NCBI GenBank assembly: GCA_045106415.1
Contig: JBGCEP010000028.1
Location: 1-64,000, forward strand
Direction of reading: 5' to 3'
Origin: Oligoflexales bacterium
Lineage (GTDB): Bacteria; Bdellovibrionota_B; Oligoflexia; Oligoflexales; Bog-1112
Length of the DNA stretch: 64,000 nucleotides
Shown here: positions 9,580 through 20,214 of the stretch, in pieces
Layout of the letters: every line of letters begins with the position of its first letter
Numbering within the stretch: the first letter of the stretch is position 1
Position numbers and translations under genes: made by a program
The notes under the pieces: model-generated
The model's input: the letters and a program-made list of their open reading frames with translations, nothing else
What the model was told of the DNA's origin: nothing
Databases searched by the model: none

Positions 9580-10535
9580 CTTTCTGGCAATAATTTAAGG
9601 ATTGATCTTGGCATATCTTTATTCTTAACCCAAGTGTTTTTGCCATTACATATCAACCCTTCTCTAATAACATTGGATTTATCTTTAGATATTTTTTTAC
9701 TTTTAAATTTAAGAAGAAGAATTCGAATCAGCTTCTGGCACTTATTATTACTTTTCATTTTTTCAGCTAAGAGAAACTTCCCAGTTTTGGGGTCTATAAT
9801 CATATATGATTTTTTTTCATTAGCATATTTTGACAACGGACCAATACTTTCATATTGACTACCTGAGAACATTGGCATTCTATATATAAAGATCTCTGTT
9901 GATTTATTTTTCAACAAATTCTTTAAAGATTTTTCATATAATGAAAGTTTTAATTTTTTTTCACTTTTAAAAAAACTTGAAAAAGACTTATTTATTTTTT
10001 CAACAGGGAAAAATGTTGGCGTAGTAAATATAAAGTCATTCTTTTCAACAAGTGTATGACATGCGTGGCATGCTTGAAACCTTTCTTTATCTTTTTTACG
10101 TGAAAGTTTGTCGTTATCAAGATACAACCAATAGGACCATCCATCTGATTTAGAGTATTTCTTTCTATCTTTAACCATTAATTGAAGCCTTGAAAAATCA
10201 TAAGGCTCAAGACTATTGGGGAAATTTCTATCTGGCTTTGTTTTAAATGCAACCTTCCCAAACACAGACCCATCTGGAAAAATATGTCTTCCTTTCTTCA
10301 AAGATTCATATGCAATTTCATTTGCATATATAAATCTTTGCTCTCTATTATCTTCACGGAATCTCACACTCACTAATTTCCAATTGATCCAAAAGTTATC
10401 ATATAAACCTGGTGATACACCATTCATCTCTCTTAAATTTTTCAATGAAGGTATCTTTAAGTTATGGTTTTCCCCGGATAAAAACAATGGATACAAAATA
10501 ATAATTGCAGCAAAAATAATTTTGTTACATTGCAT
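9576..10535 (-). CDS. Cytochrome P460/c'-beta family haem protein with C-terminal extension
   Basis: Signal peptide, RFIYAN, FPDGSVFGK, LMVKD, DGWSY, single CHACH motif. Confidence 0.7.
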   Translation of the reverse strand: MQCNKIIFAAIIILYPLFLSGENHNLKIPSLKNLREMNGVSPGLYDNFWINWKLVSVRFREDNREQRFIYANEIAYESLKKGRHIFPDGSVFGKVAFKTKPDRNFPNSLEPYDFSRLQLMVKDRKKYSKSDGWSYWLYLDNDKLSRKKDKERFQACHACHTLVEKNDFIFTTPTFFPVEKINKSFSSFFKSEKKLKLSLYEKSLKNLLKNKSTEIFIYRMPMFSGSQYESIGPLSKYANEKKSYMIIDPKTGKFLLAEKMKSNNKCQKLIRILLLKFKSKKISKDKSNVIREGLICNGKNTWVKNKDMPRSILKLLPER

Positions 10536-10636
10536 AAAACGCCTCAGTTTTATAAAAGATGGATAACCACGTCATATGATTTATACAGTCATAATATTGT
10601 AAGAGAATCTAAACGAAAGAACAATACACCTAGAGG

Positions 10637-10694
10637 CTTTTTGGTGTTCAACTTACTGTAATCAATTAGATATAGTAAGTTGAACACCAGAAAG
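10637..10694. repeat. Long intergenic inverted repeat (about 24-bp stem)
   Basis: CTTTTTGGTGTTCAACTTACT ... AGTAAGTTGAACACCAGAAAG. Confidence 0.85.
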
Positions 10695-10714
10695 TTTCTT
10701 ACTTTCTCTGTTTT

Positions 10715-12193
10715 TTAAGATGACCAAACTTGTCCATCACCTTGCCATCTTGAGATGGTTGTTACAGCTTCAGTAAAAAATAAGGTTCCTTCCTGTCCAT
10801 GAGCTTTTAAATCACCAAAAAAAGACTTTTTACTTCCACCAAAAGAGAAAAAAGACATAGGAGCAGGAACTCCAATATTAATACCAATCATAGATGGGTG
10901 AGCATGCGCAGAAAAATATTGAGCAGCTCCACCTGACTCCGTAAATAAAGTCGTCGTATTTGCATATTCAATACAGTTCATCCATCGAATGGCTTCATCT
11001 AAAGAACTTGTTTGACCTAAAAGAATAACCGGGCCAAAGACTTCTTCACGAGCTATTTCCATTTCTGAAGTCACTCCTTGTAAAATACAAGGCCCCATAT
11101 ATAAAGTTTTATCATAAGATTCTCTTCCATCAACAACAAGCTGCGCTCCTTGTTTTATCGCTCTATCTATTAACCCCGAGACTCTTTCTTTTGCTTCCTT
11201 AGAAATCAAAGGCCCTAGTGAGGACTGAGGGTCCAATCCATCTCCGACAGTGACTTTTTGGCAATAATCTATAGACTGCTTTTTTACTTTTTCTAACGTT
11301 TCATTACCTACACATAATATAATAGAGCCAGCTAAACATCTTTGCCCTGCACATCCAATGACAGAATCAATCGCCATAGAAACATTACGTTTTTGAAGAC
11401 GATCCGTAGCAACGGCATCTGGAAGAACTACCATAATATTTTTAGCTCCCCCTAAAGCTTGAACCCTTTTACCATGCTGACTTGCAGTTTGATAAACATG
11501 CTGAGCAACAGGTGTTGATCCTACAAAAGAAACCCCTTCTATTTGAGGGTGAGAACATAGTCTATCAACAACCTCTTTACCTCCATGAACCATATTCATC
11601 ACACCCGCCGGAAGATCTGTTTTCTGCAAAAGTTCAATAATTTTCATCATCGTCAGCGGCACCCGCTCACTAGGTTTAAGGACAAAAGTATTTCCAGCTG
11701 CGATTGCAAAAGGCCAAAACCAAAAAGGCACCATAGCTGGAAAATTAAAAGGTGCTATTCCAGCAAAAACACCTAAAGGTCGCCTGAAACTTACAGAGTC
11801 AATGCCTTTTGCAATATCCGCTTGACACTCGCCCATCATGAGTGTCGGCATACTTGTGGCCGTTTCTACCATCTGAATAGCTCTGCGAACAGAACCTCTG
11901 GATTCAGCTAAAGTCTTACCATGCTCAAGAGTGATCGTCCTGGCTAAGTCTTCTAAAGATTCTTCCATTAGATATTTTAATTGGAAAAGAGGTTGGATGC
12001 GATCAACAGCTGGGGTGACTTTCCAGGACGAAAATGCTGTAGTAGCAGCCTCTATCGCTTGATCAACATCAAAAGCAGTCCCTAAAGGGGTTTTTCCAAT
12101 AATTCCTTGAGTCGCAGGATTCATAATATCAAAAGTTTTAGAGCTATTTGATGAAGAATATTGGCCATAAATAAAATTTTGGAGAGTTTGCAT
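10715..12193 (-). CDS. mmsA: CoA-acylating (methyl)malonate-semialdehyde dehydrogenase
   Basis: PFNFPAMVP, KPSERVP, SFVGST, GKRVQALGGAKN, AGQRC, EVFGP, FSFGGSKKSFFGD. Confidence 0.92.
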   Translation of the reverse strand: MQTLQNFIYGQYSSSNSSKTFDIMNPATQGIIGKTPLGTAFDVDQAIEAATTAFSSWKVTPAVDRIQPLFQLKYLMEESLEDLARTITLEHGKTLAESRGSVRRAIQMVETATSMPTLMMGECQADIAKGIDSVSFRRPLGVFAGIAPFNFPAMVPFWFWPFAIAAGNTFVLKPSERVPLTMMKIIELLQKTDLPAGVMNMVHGGKEVVDRLCSHPQIEGVSFVGSTPVAQHVYQTASQHGKRVQALGGAKNIMVVLPDAVATDRLQKRNVSMAIDSVIGCAGQRCLAGSIILCVGNETLEKVKKQSIDYCQKVTVGDGLDPQSSLGPLISKEAKERVSGLIDRAIKQGAQLVVDGRESYDKTLYMGPCILQGVTSEMEIAREEVFGPVILLGQTSSLDEAIRWMNCIEYANTTTLFTESGGAAQYFSAHAHPSMIGINIGVPAPMSFFSFGGSKKSFFGDLKAHGQEGTLFFTEAVTTISRWQGDGQVWSS

Positions 12194-12366
12194 AACAGAT
12201 CCTTCACACACTGAGTTTATTCATCATTTCACTATAGTATTCTGCTCTTGAAAAAAAGAACCCGCAATATTTGTCTGATACTTTTCACTAAAATATCAAC
12301 TTCACACCACCTAGCCTTTTTAGTATGAATTTGATATGAATAATTCCATAGTGTTATGAGGTTATT

Positions 12367-13104
12367 ATGAAAAGTTTGAATTATATATTCTTGCTGTGTC
12401 TTGCCGCATGCAACACTTCCAGCGAACACCGACACGGTGTTCAAGAGCATTACCATGGTTATATCCCAGCCCGTATCGCCGTCCTTCCATGCTTACCATG
12501 GCCTGACACTTTGCGATCATCTCAAAGAGGTCTTATCTCAGCGCCACAAAAAGATATTGCCAAATTATGTCATGAGTTGAACAAGTATGTGCTGAAAGGC
12601 TTTGAAAGCCAGCCTTATTTAAAGGGCTATACTCCTCAAGTTGTTCAAAAACTACTCACAAAATCAAAAAAACCTAGGCATTTAGATCTATTAGAAGAAG
12701 TTTGGCATTATAAAAATAAAGAAAAAATCATACAAACAAGTTCTTTTCTCCAACTATACAATGACGATATTTCCTTAAGGGCACCCTGGATTGAATGGTT
12801 AGAAACTTTTAGCAAAAGCACACGTCACGCAGATACGATTCTCCTGCCGATGATCGCGTCATTAGATGAAAGCGAAGAAGAGCAAAGAGGCATCCTATCT
12901 TTCAAGAAGAAGTCTGAAATTTTACTCTGGCTTATTGATACAAATAACGGAAAACTCATCTGGTCTGGATCTAGAAAATCAGCCATTATTAGATACGCTA
13001 AAAAAGACGAAACATCCCCTGAAAAACCCACATGGGAACAGTTGCATACACGATTGCTGGTAAAAACTCTTTGGAAAGATTTTCCGGGACGATTTATAAA
13101 TTAG
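12367..13104 (+). CDS. Hypothetical lipoprotein
   Basis: Lipobox LAAC; C-terminal LIDT..GKLIWSG. Confidence 0.65.
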   Translation: MKSLNYIFLLCLAACNTSSEHRHGVQEHYHGYIPARIAVLPCLPWPDTLRSSQRGLISAPQKDIAKLCHELNKYVLKGFESQPYLKGYTPQVVQKLLTKSKKPRHLDLLEEVWHYKNKEKIIQTSSFLQLYNDDISLRAPWIEWLETFSKSTRHADTILLPMIASLDESEEEQRGILSFKKKSEILLWLIDTNNGKLIWSGSRKSAIIRYAKKDETSPEKPTWEQLHTRLLVKTLWKDFPGRFIN

Positions 13105-13113
13105 GAGCTTGTT

Positions 13114-14667
13114 GTGACCGATTCAACTCAGATTTTATTAGACAAGAGAACTCTTGCGACACAAGGTGGTGGCGTAAAACGAATGGAAGCACAGCACGCT
13201 CGAGGCAAACTTTCTGCACGGGAAAGAATAGACGCTCTACTCGACCCAGGCTCATTTGTAGAAACCGATGCTTTTGTAATTCACGACTGCCGTGATTTTG
13301 GCATGGAGAAAAAAACATTTTTAGGCGACGGAGTGATTACAGGATGGGGAACAATAGAAGGACGACTTGTTTATCTTTTCGCACATGATTTCACTGTTTT
13401 TGGGGGAAGCCTCTCTGCTTCCTTCGCTCGTAAGATTTGTAAGATCATGGACCTTGCTGTTCAAAACGGTGCACCTATCATAGGGCTTAATGATTCGGGA
13501 GGGGCACGGATTCATGAGGGCGTTGCAAGCCTTGGTGGTTATGCAGATATTTTTTATAGAAACGCTCAAGCAAGTGGAGTCATACCACAAATATCTGTCA
13601 TTGTTGGCCCATGCGCTGGAGGCGCTGTTTACTCACCTGCTATGACTGATGTTATCTTCATGGTGGAAGACACAAGTCACATGTTTATTACAGGACCCGA
13701 TGTCGTAAAAAGCGTGACAGGAGAAGAAGTTGATTTTGAAGACCTCGGAGGCTCACGCATTCACACACAGGTAAGTGGGGTTGCAGACCACAGCTTCCCC
13801 ACCGAGCACGAAGCGTTCGAAGCCGTCCGAAAATGGCTTACGTACGTCCCTTCGAACAATTTGGACACAGCTCCACAATACGAAAAAAACACTTCTGATC
13901 CACATCTTCAACAGCAACTTCAAGATATTCAAACTATTGTTCCACAGGATTCAGATCAACCTTACCGTATGTCTGACGTGATTCAAGCTATCGTTGACCC
14001 TGAAAGTTACTGGGAACAAAAAGAAAGCTACGCCCCAAATTTAATTACAGCTTTTGGTCGTATCCACGGACAAACAGTTGGAATTATAGCTAATAACCCT
14101 TGGCATCTCGCAGGAGCTCTTGATTTAGACGCTTCATGTAAAGGCGCGCGGTTCGTTCGTTTTTGTGATGCTTTTCATATCCCTCTTGTCACTTTTGTTG
14201 ACGTACCGGGTTTTCTTCCTGGAGTGGATCAAGAAAGAGGAGGAATCATTCGTCACGGCGCGAAACTCCTCTATGCCTACTGTGAGGCTACTGTCCCTCG
14301 CCTCACAGTCATCACAAGAAAAGCTTACGGCGGCGCTTATGATGTGATGAACTCAAAGCACATTGGTTCAGACCTAAACTTTGCATGGCCACATGCAGAG
14401 ATTGCAGTCATGGGTGCCGCTGGAGCTTGTGAAATCATTTTTAATCAAGAGATTAAAAACTCACCAAATCCAGAAGAAACAAAAAAATCAAAAACCGAAG
14501 AATACGCACAAGTTTTCGCAACACCATACAGAGCAGCTGAAAAAGGCTATATCGATGCAGTTATTCTTCCTGAAGAAACTAGAGAGTATTTACACCAAGG
14601 ATTATGGAGCCTCAGGGGAAAAAGAAAACAAAATCCTCAACGTAAACACGGCAACATCCCACTTTAG
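13114..14667 (+). CDS. pccB: Acyl-CoA (propionyl/methylmalonyl-CoA) carboxylase carboxyltransferase subunit
   Basis: [59 protein letters not shown]. Confidence 0.9.
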   Translation: MTDSTQILLDKRTLATQGGGVKRMEAQHARGKLSARERIDALLDPGSFVETDAFVIHDCRDFGMEKKTFLGDGVITGWGTIEGRLVYLFAHDFTVFGGSLSASFARKICKIMDLAVQNGAPIIGLNDSGGARIHEGVASLGGYADIFYRNAQASGVIPQISVIVGPCAGGAVYSPAMTDVIFMVEDTSHMFITGPDVVKSVTGEEVDFEDLGGSRIHTQVSGVADHSFPTEHEAFEAVRKWLTYVPSNNLDTAPQYEKNTSDPHLQQQLQDIQTIVPQDSDQPYRMSDVIQAIVDPESYWEQKESYAPNLITAFGRIHGQTVGIIANNPWHLAGALDLDASCKGARFVRFCDAFHIPLVTFVDVPGFLPGVDQERGGIIRHGAKLLYAYCEATVPRLTVITRKAYGGAYDVMNSKHIGSDLNFAWPHAEIAVMGAAGACEIIFNQEIKNSPNPEETKKSKTEEYAQVFATPYRAAEKGYIDAVILPEETREYLHQGLWSLRGKRKQNPQRKHGNIPL

Positions 14668-14675
14668 AGGCTTGT

Positions 14676-16163
14676 ATGAGTATTCAAAAAATCCTGATTG
14701 CAAATCGTGGTGAAATCGCAGTCCGTATTATTCGTACAGCACGCGATTTAGGCATCAAAACAGTCGCTGTCTTTGCTGAAAACGATAAAAGAAGCCTCCA
14801 CGTCACACTTGCTGACGAAAGCTTTTCACTCGGAGATGGCCCGCTCGATCAAACCTATTTAAACATAGAGAAAATTATAACAGCGGTCGAAAAAACAAAC
14901 GCCGACGCAGTTCATCCAGGTTATGGTTTTCTTTCTGAGAATCCTCATTTTGCAATAGCCATTGAACGCGCTCAAATTCATTTTATTGGACCTCCGGCAT
15001 CTGCTATTGAAACAATGGGTCATAAAGTGAAAGCGCGCTCGATGATGATGGAAAACAACATCCCAGTTGTTCCAGGATCCGACACACTTAATACCGTAGA
15101 GGAACTTAAAGATTTCATCGATCAGGTTGGCTTCCCTGTTCTTCTCAAAGCTAGCGCTGGGGGTGGTGGTCGCGGGATGAGGCAAATTCACAACCTTGAT
15201 GAAGTTGAATCTAGCTTTGAATCTTGCAGAAGAGAAGCTAAATCCTTTTTCAATGATGACAGGGTCTTTTGTGAAAAACTTGTCAAAAACCCTAGGCATA
15301 TTGAATTTCAAATTCTTTTAGATAAACACGGTCAAGGCGTTCATCTCTTTGAGCGAGACTGCAGCATACAAAGGCGACATCAAAAGCTATTCGAAGAAGC
15401 CCCGAGCATGTACCTCAATGAAGAGCAAAGAAACAAAATGGGCCAGATGGCTGTACAGGCAGGCCTTGCCGTGGGTTATGTTGGAGCTGGAACAGTCGAA
15501 TTTATATGCGAATCTCCAGATCAAGCGTGGTTTATGGAGATGAACACACGCATCCAAGTTGAACACCCAGTCACCGAAATGATTACAGGCATTGATCTTA
15601 TCGCAGAACAAATACACGTAGCAAACAACAAGCCTCTTCAGTGGAAACAAAAAGACCTCTCCTTTCACGGCTGGGCTATGGAAGCTCGAGTTAACGCAGA
15701 AGACCCCTCTCAAGACTTCAGGCCTTGCCCAGGCCTCATGGAGCGTGTTTCTTTACCTCACGGCCCTTTCATACGTGTCGATTCACACCTCTATTCTGGA
15801 TATTCAATACCTGAAAATTACGACTCTATGGTTGCAAAAATTTTAGCTTGGGGGAGAACAAGAGAAGAGGCAAATGCCCGTTTACAAAGGGCTTTAAAAG
15901 AGTGTGAGTTTTCCAAACCAACAACATGCTCTTTTCACCTTAAGCTACTTCAACATCACGACTTCCAAAAAGGTCAATTTTCCACAAACTTCATCTCTGA
16001 AAACACAGCAGAGCTCCAAGGCGCTCACCCTGAGACAATTCCATCTCATATCGAAAGTGTTTTAAGCGCATGTGCTGCAACACCACAAAAATCATCTAAA
16101 CCTTTACAAGGCTCAACAAAATCTTGGCAAGATACCGCTCATCAACATGGAGTTTTGCAATGA
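14676..16163 (+). CDS. accC: Biotin carboxylase subunit
   Basis: LIANRGEIA, HPGYGFLSEN, GGGGRGM, ERDCSIQRRHQK, EMNTRIQVEHPVTE. Confidence 0.9.
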   Translation: MSIQKILIANRGEIAVRIIRTARDLGIKTVAVFAENDKRSLHVTLADESFSLGDGPLDQTYLNIEKIITAVEKTNADAVHPGYGFLSENPHFAIAIERAQIHFIGPPASAIETMGHKVKARSMMMENNIPVVPGSDTLNTVEELKDFIDQVGFPVLLKASAGGGGRGMRQIHNLDEVESSFESCRREAKSFFNDDRVFCEKLVKNPRHIEFQILLDKHGQGVHLFERDCSIQRRHQKLFEEAPSMYLNEEQRNKMGQMAVQAGLAVGYVGAGTVEFICESPDQAWFMEMNTRIQVEHPVTEMITGIDLIAEQIHVANNKPLQWKQKDLSFHGWAMEARVNAEDPSQDFRPCPGLMERVSLPHGPFIRVDSHLYSGYSIPENYDSMVAKILAWGRTREEANARLQRALKECEFSKPTTCSFHLKLLQHHDFQKGQFSTNFISENTAELQGAHPETIPSHIESVLSACAATPQKSSKPLQGSTKSWQDTAHQHGVLQ

Positions 16164-16690
16164 AGTGGGAAGTTCAAACACCCGGTCAACCTTCAATTGA
16201 AATCCTTTTACCACAAGGTGTTCTTCCAAACCGAAAAATAAACGCGATCATCAGCGGGAGTAACTATTGGCTAGAATGGTCACCAGAGCTTCACCGAATC
16301 CTCCTAAGCAAAGATGAGCAGGGGCCTCATGAGGTTCTTCATTACAGACGCCTTACTAGCGATAAGAAAAGAGACTATACTTCAATCACCCTTGAAGCAG
16401 AAAACCACATTTATCACTTAAAAGTGCAAAGACCTCTTCCGCCAGGCACACAGCGTAAGAAAGCAAAAACAGCTGAAATCGTCCGTTCCCCTATGACAGG
16501 GAAAGTGCTAAAGGTGTGTTGTGAAGCGGGAGACAGTATTCTTGAAGGCGACACAATAGCTATTATTGAAGCTATGAAAATGGAAAATAGAATTTCCTCA
16601 CCAGCCAATGGAATTGTAAAATCGATATCAACCGCAACCAACGACAACATTTCTACAGGACATGAAATTGCAGTTATCACAACCACCTAG
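16160..16690 (+). CDS. Biotin carboxyl carrier protein
   Basis: SPMTGKV and EAMKMEN biotinylation motif; ATGA overlap with the upstream stop. Confidence 0.88.
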   Translation: MKWEVQTPGQPSIEILLPQGVLPNRKINAIISGSNYWLEWSPELHRILLSKDEQGPHEVLHYRRLTSDKKRDYTSITLEAENHIYHLKVQRPLPPGTQRKKAKTAEIVRSPMTGKVLKVCCEAGDSILEGDTIAIIEAMKMENRISSPANGIVKSISTATNDNISTGHEIAVITTT

Positions 16691-17156
16691 ACCTAAAGCA
16701 TCTACTTTTTCATTTTACGAATGGGCTTCAGTTGTTGGCGGCTTTGGGCTTATGCCAATCGCTCCTGGCACTTGGGGGTCTCTACCTGGAGTGCTCTTAG
16801 GAGCTGCCTTATCAAAATACTCAACATCTACGGCTTTAACTGTTTCATGCCTTGTCGTCCTAGGACTATTGAGTGCATGGGTCATAGCAAAAACCGAAGC
16901 TATTTGGAATCGTCATGATGACAAAGCCATTGTCATTGACGAGGTCGTCGGGCAGGCTATTTGCCTGTCTTTCGTCAACCCAACCATAACAAATTTAATT
17001 ATCGGGTTCTTTTTATTCCGACTCTTCGACATTTTAAAACCTGAGCCTGTTGGTTTTTTTGATCGATGGGAGCACAGTCTAGGTACTTTGCTCGACGATG
17101 TTTTTGCTGGAATTATGGCAGGGATATGTCTTTTAGCATTCCAGCTCTTTTTATAA
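16662..17156 (+). CDS. pgpA: Phosphatidylglycerophosphatase A
   Basis: APGTWGS, IVIDEVVG, FRLFDILKP, DDVFAG. Confidence 0.92.
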   Translation: MKLQLSQPPRPKASTFSFYEWASVVGGFGLMPIAPGTWGSLPGVLLGAALSKYSTSTALTVSCLVVLGLLSAWVIAKTEAIWNRHDDKAIVIDEVVGQAICLSFVNPTITNLIIGFFLFRLFDILKPEPVGFFDRWEHSLGTLLDDVFAGIMAGICLLAFQLFL

Positions 17157-17315
17157 GAGACTCAAACACAGTGCTTAGAGGCTACTAAAGAGCATCACCT
17201 CCCAAAAGGTGGGAGCAGAGGCTTACCATCGGTTATGACTTGCCTAATCTGCTCCAACATGTACTATGTCCACGCGGTCTCTGTGAGGATCGCGAGCGTA
17301 TATATGGAGAAAAAT

Positions 17316-17735
17316 ATGTCCACAGAAAAAACTTTGTCTATCTTAAAACCAGATGCTACCCGAAGAAACCTCATTGGCAAGATTATCGCCCACTTTGAAG
17401 AAAGTGGCCTTCGTGTTGCAGCCATGAAAAAAACGAGCCTCTCTCAAAGAGAAGCAGAAGGTTTTTATGCTGAACACAAAGAGCGCCCTTTTTTCGGCGA
17501 ACTTGTTGATTTCATGACGTCTGGTCCAGTTGTCATTATGGCCCTTGAAGGCGAAAATGCAATTACTCGTAACCGTGAAATCATGGGCGCAACAAACCCA
17601 GCTGAAGCTGCCGAAGGTACTCTTCGTAAGCTCTATGCTGAAAGCATTGGTGAAAACACAGTTCACGGATCTGACTCCAGCACTGCTGCTGCGCGTGAGA
17701 TTTCATACTTTTTCCCTGAAACTGATATCGTTTAA
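17316..17735 (+). CDS. ndk: Nucleoside-diphosphate kinase
   Basis: [40 protein letters not shown] before ATG 17316. Confidence 0.96.
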   Translation: MSTEKTLSILKPDATRRNLIGKIIAHFEESGLRVAAMKKTSLSQREAEGFYAEHKERPFFGELVDFMTSGPVVIMALEGENAITRNREIMGATNPAEAAEGTLRKLYAESIGENTVHGSDSSTAAAREISYFFPETDIV

Positions 17736-17756
17736 CGTATCAACATGAGGTAGGCC

Positions 17757-20186
17757 ATGAGCGAACTGATCCACAAAGTAGCCCAAGAACTTGGACTCAA
17801 TGAAGGGCACGTCGCTGGGACTTGTCGTTTATTATTTGATGAAGATTGTACAATTCCTTTCGTTGCACGCTACCGTAAAGAAATGACGGGCGCGATGGAC
17901 GAAGTGAACATCCGACTCGTCCGAGATCGCTACAAGCAACTCCAGGAGCTCGAAAGCACCAGGACACGCTATATTAAGGTGGTTGAGGAACACTGTCAGA
18001 ACAACCCTCAATTCAAAGGCAAATTTCAAAGCCTTAAAGCTCGCTTCATGGCCTGCACAACTCGCCAAGAACTTGACGACCTTTACCTTCCTTTCAAACC
18101 CAAAAGGACCACAAAGGCGTCAAAAGCTCGTGAAGCAGGCCTCGAACCTCTTCTCGACGCTATTCTTGAGTCTCAGTTTAAAATTGATGATTTAGACACT
18201 TACGCACAGACCTTCCTTAAAGAAAATACATGCGAAGGTATTAAGGATGCTGCTGCTGCAATCGCTGGTGCAAAAGACATTCTCGCTGAAAGAATCAACG
18301 AAACAGCAGACCACCGAGCTCTCATTCGAAAAATCAGCTTCGAAACAGGTCAAATGACCTCACAAGAAATCGAAACAAAAGAAGACGAACTCGACAAGAA
18401 GAAAAAATCTCAAAAAGAAAAATACCAGGACTACTTCAAATTCGAAGAAAGTATCACAGCCATTCCTTCTCACCGAGTGATGGCAATTCGTCGTGGTGAA
18501 ACAGAAAAATTCTTACGCGTTAGTATTCAGGTCAATACTGAGCGTTGTACTGAAGACCTTTTTTCGGCTGTATCAAAATCTTTAAACTCAACTCAGCCTA
18601 CAGAGTCATGCAAAAACTGGCTTCACAGTGTTGTAGCAGACGCATACAAGAGACTCATGGCACCCTCTATAGAAACAGAACTACGCCTACAATTGAAAAA
18701 AAGGTCAGAAGAAGAAGCCATACAGGTCTTTTCAACAAATTTAGAAAACCTACTTCTCTTACCGCCTCTTCCAAAAAAAGTTGTTCTTGGAGTTGACCCT
18801 GGGATTCGCACAGGTTCAAAACTTGCAGTCGTATCGGAAACAGGAAAGTTACTCGACCACACGACAATATATCCAACTCCAAACCAGCACCAGTCAGCGA
18901 AAAGCCAAGAAGCAGCCAAATCTCTTTTACGCTTAGTCAAAAAGCACAATGTATGCTGTATGGCTATTGGAAACGGTACAGGCAGCCGCGAAATTGACCA
19001 ATTCATTATTCAAACTCTAAGAGAGCAAGGCATTCAAAACATGGACCGCCTTATTGTCAATGAAGCTGGCGCGAGTGTTTATTCTACAGATGAAGTCGCT
19101 CGTGAAGAGTTTCCTGACCTCGACCCTACTATTAGAAGTGCAATTAGCATTGCACGCAGAGCACAAGACCCTCTCGCTGAGCTTGTTAAAATTGACCCTA
19201 GAGCCATCGGCGTTGGGCAATACCAGCACGACTGCAGCGTAAGCAAACTCAACAACACCCTTAGTGAAACTGTTGCAAGTTGTGTAAACCGCGTCGGTGT
19301 GGATTTAAATACAGCGTCTTCAAAACTTTTAAGCCACGTTTCAGGCATTGGCCCTTCGCTAGCAAAAGGCATTGTTCAATACAGGGACCAACAAGCATTT
19401 CAAAGTCGATCGCAGCTTCAAGAAATCGGTGGCCTTGGTGATAAAGTCTTCTTGCAAGCTGCCGGTTTTCTCAGGGTTGCTGAATCAAAAAACCCTCTCG
19501 ACAATACTGCTGTTCACCCTGAACGCTATGGAATTGTTGAAAATGTAGCTAAAGACCTCAATCTTTCGCTAGAGGAACTTATTAGCAACCGCACAGTCAT
19601 TCAGAGTATTTCTTGGGAAAAATACGTAACTGACGAAGTTGGTTTACCAACCTTACTTGATATTTCAAAAGAGCTTCTTCAACCTGGACGTGACCCACGT
19701 TCAGAGGGGTCACGACTTCTCTTTTCAGGTGACGTTGCGATGATTGAAGATCTCACCGAGGGCATGAAACTTAAAGGCACAGTTTCGAACGTAACTAAAT
19801 TCGGCGCTTTTGTTGATATCGGCGTTCACCAGGATGGACTCATACATATCAGTGAATTATCTGACACTTTTATCGATGACCCAGCAAAAGCTGTTTCAGT
19901 CGGGGATGTGGTTGAAGTTCGCGTCATTGGCGTAGACATCAAACGCAAGCGCATTAGCCTCAGTAAAAAGCGACCAAAACCAGGTATGCAAAGTGGCGCA
20001 ACTCATGACCGCACTCCTCGGGAGCCCCAAACGATACAACGCGGACAATCACGACCTGTATCAAGAGGAGCTTCTGCTGAGCGACGCCCAAGACCTTCTC
20101 ATCAACAGTCAAAATCCCGTAGACCAATCGAACGGAAATCATTTACAGTTGAAGATCTAGTCGCAAAATTTTCATCGAAGCCTTAA
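17757..20186 (+). CDS. tex: Tex RNA-binding transcription accessory protein (S1 domain)
   Basis: TIPFVARYRKEMTG, DPGIRTG, AIGNGT, NEAGASVYS, IGVGQYQHD, S1 FGAFVDIGV. Confidence 0.95.
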   Translation: MSELIHKVAQELGLNEGHVAGTCRLLFDEDCTIPFVARYRKEMTGAMDEVNIRLVRDRYKQLQELESTRTRYIKVVEEHCQNNPQFKGKFQSLKARFMACTTRQELDDLYLPFKPKRTTKASKAREAGLEPLLDAILESQFKIDDLDTYAQTFLKENTCEGIKDAAAAIAGAKDILAERINETADHRALIRKISFETGQMTSQEIETKEDELDKKKKSQKEKYQDYFKFEESITAIPSHRVMAIRRGETEKFLRVSIQVNTERCTEDLFSAVSKSLNSTQPTESCKNWLHSVVADAYKRLMAPSIETELRLQLKKRSEEEAIQVFSTNLENLLLLPPLPKKVVLGVDPGIRTGSKLAVVSETGKLLDHTTIYPTPNQHQSAKSQEAAKSLLRLVKKHNVCCMAIGNGTGSREIDQFIIQTLREQGIQNMDRLIVNEAGASVYSTDEVAREEFPDLDPTIRSAISIARRAQDPLAELVKIDPRAIGVGQYQHDCSVSKLNNTLSETVASCVNRVGVDLNTASSKLLSHVSGIGPSLAKGIVQYRDQQAFQSRSQLQEIGGLGDKVFLQAAGFLRVAESKNPLDNTAVHPERYGIVENVAKDLNLSLEELISNRTVIQSISWEKYVTDEVGLPTLLDISKELLQPGRDPRSEGSRLLFSGDVAMIEDLTEGMKLKGTVSNVTKFGAFVDIGVHQDGLIHISELSDTFIDDPAKAVSVGDVVEVRVIGVDIKRKRISLSKKRPKPGMQSGATHDRTPREPQTIQRGQSRPVSRGASAERRPRPSHQQSKSRRPIERKSFTVEDLVAKFSSKP

Positions 20187-20214
20187 TAGGCTTCGATCCA
20201 TAGAGGAGGGCAAC

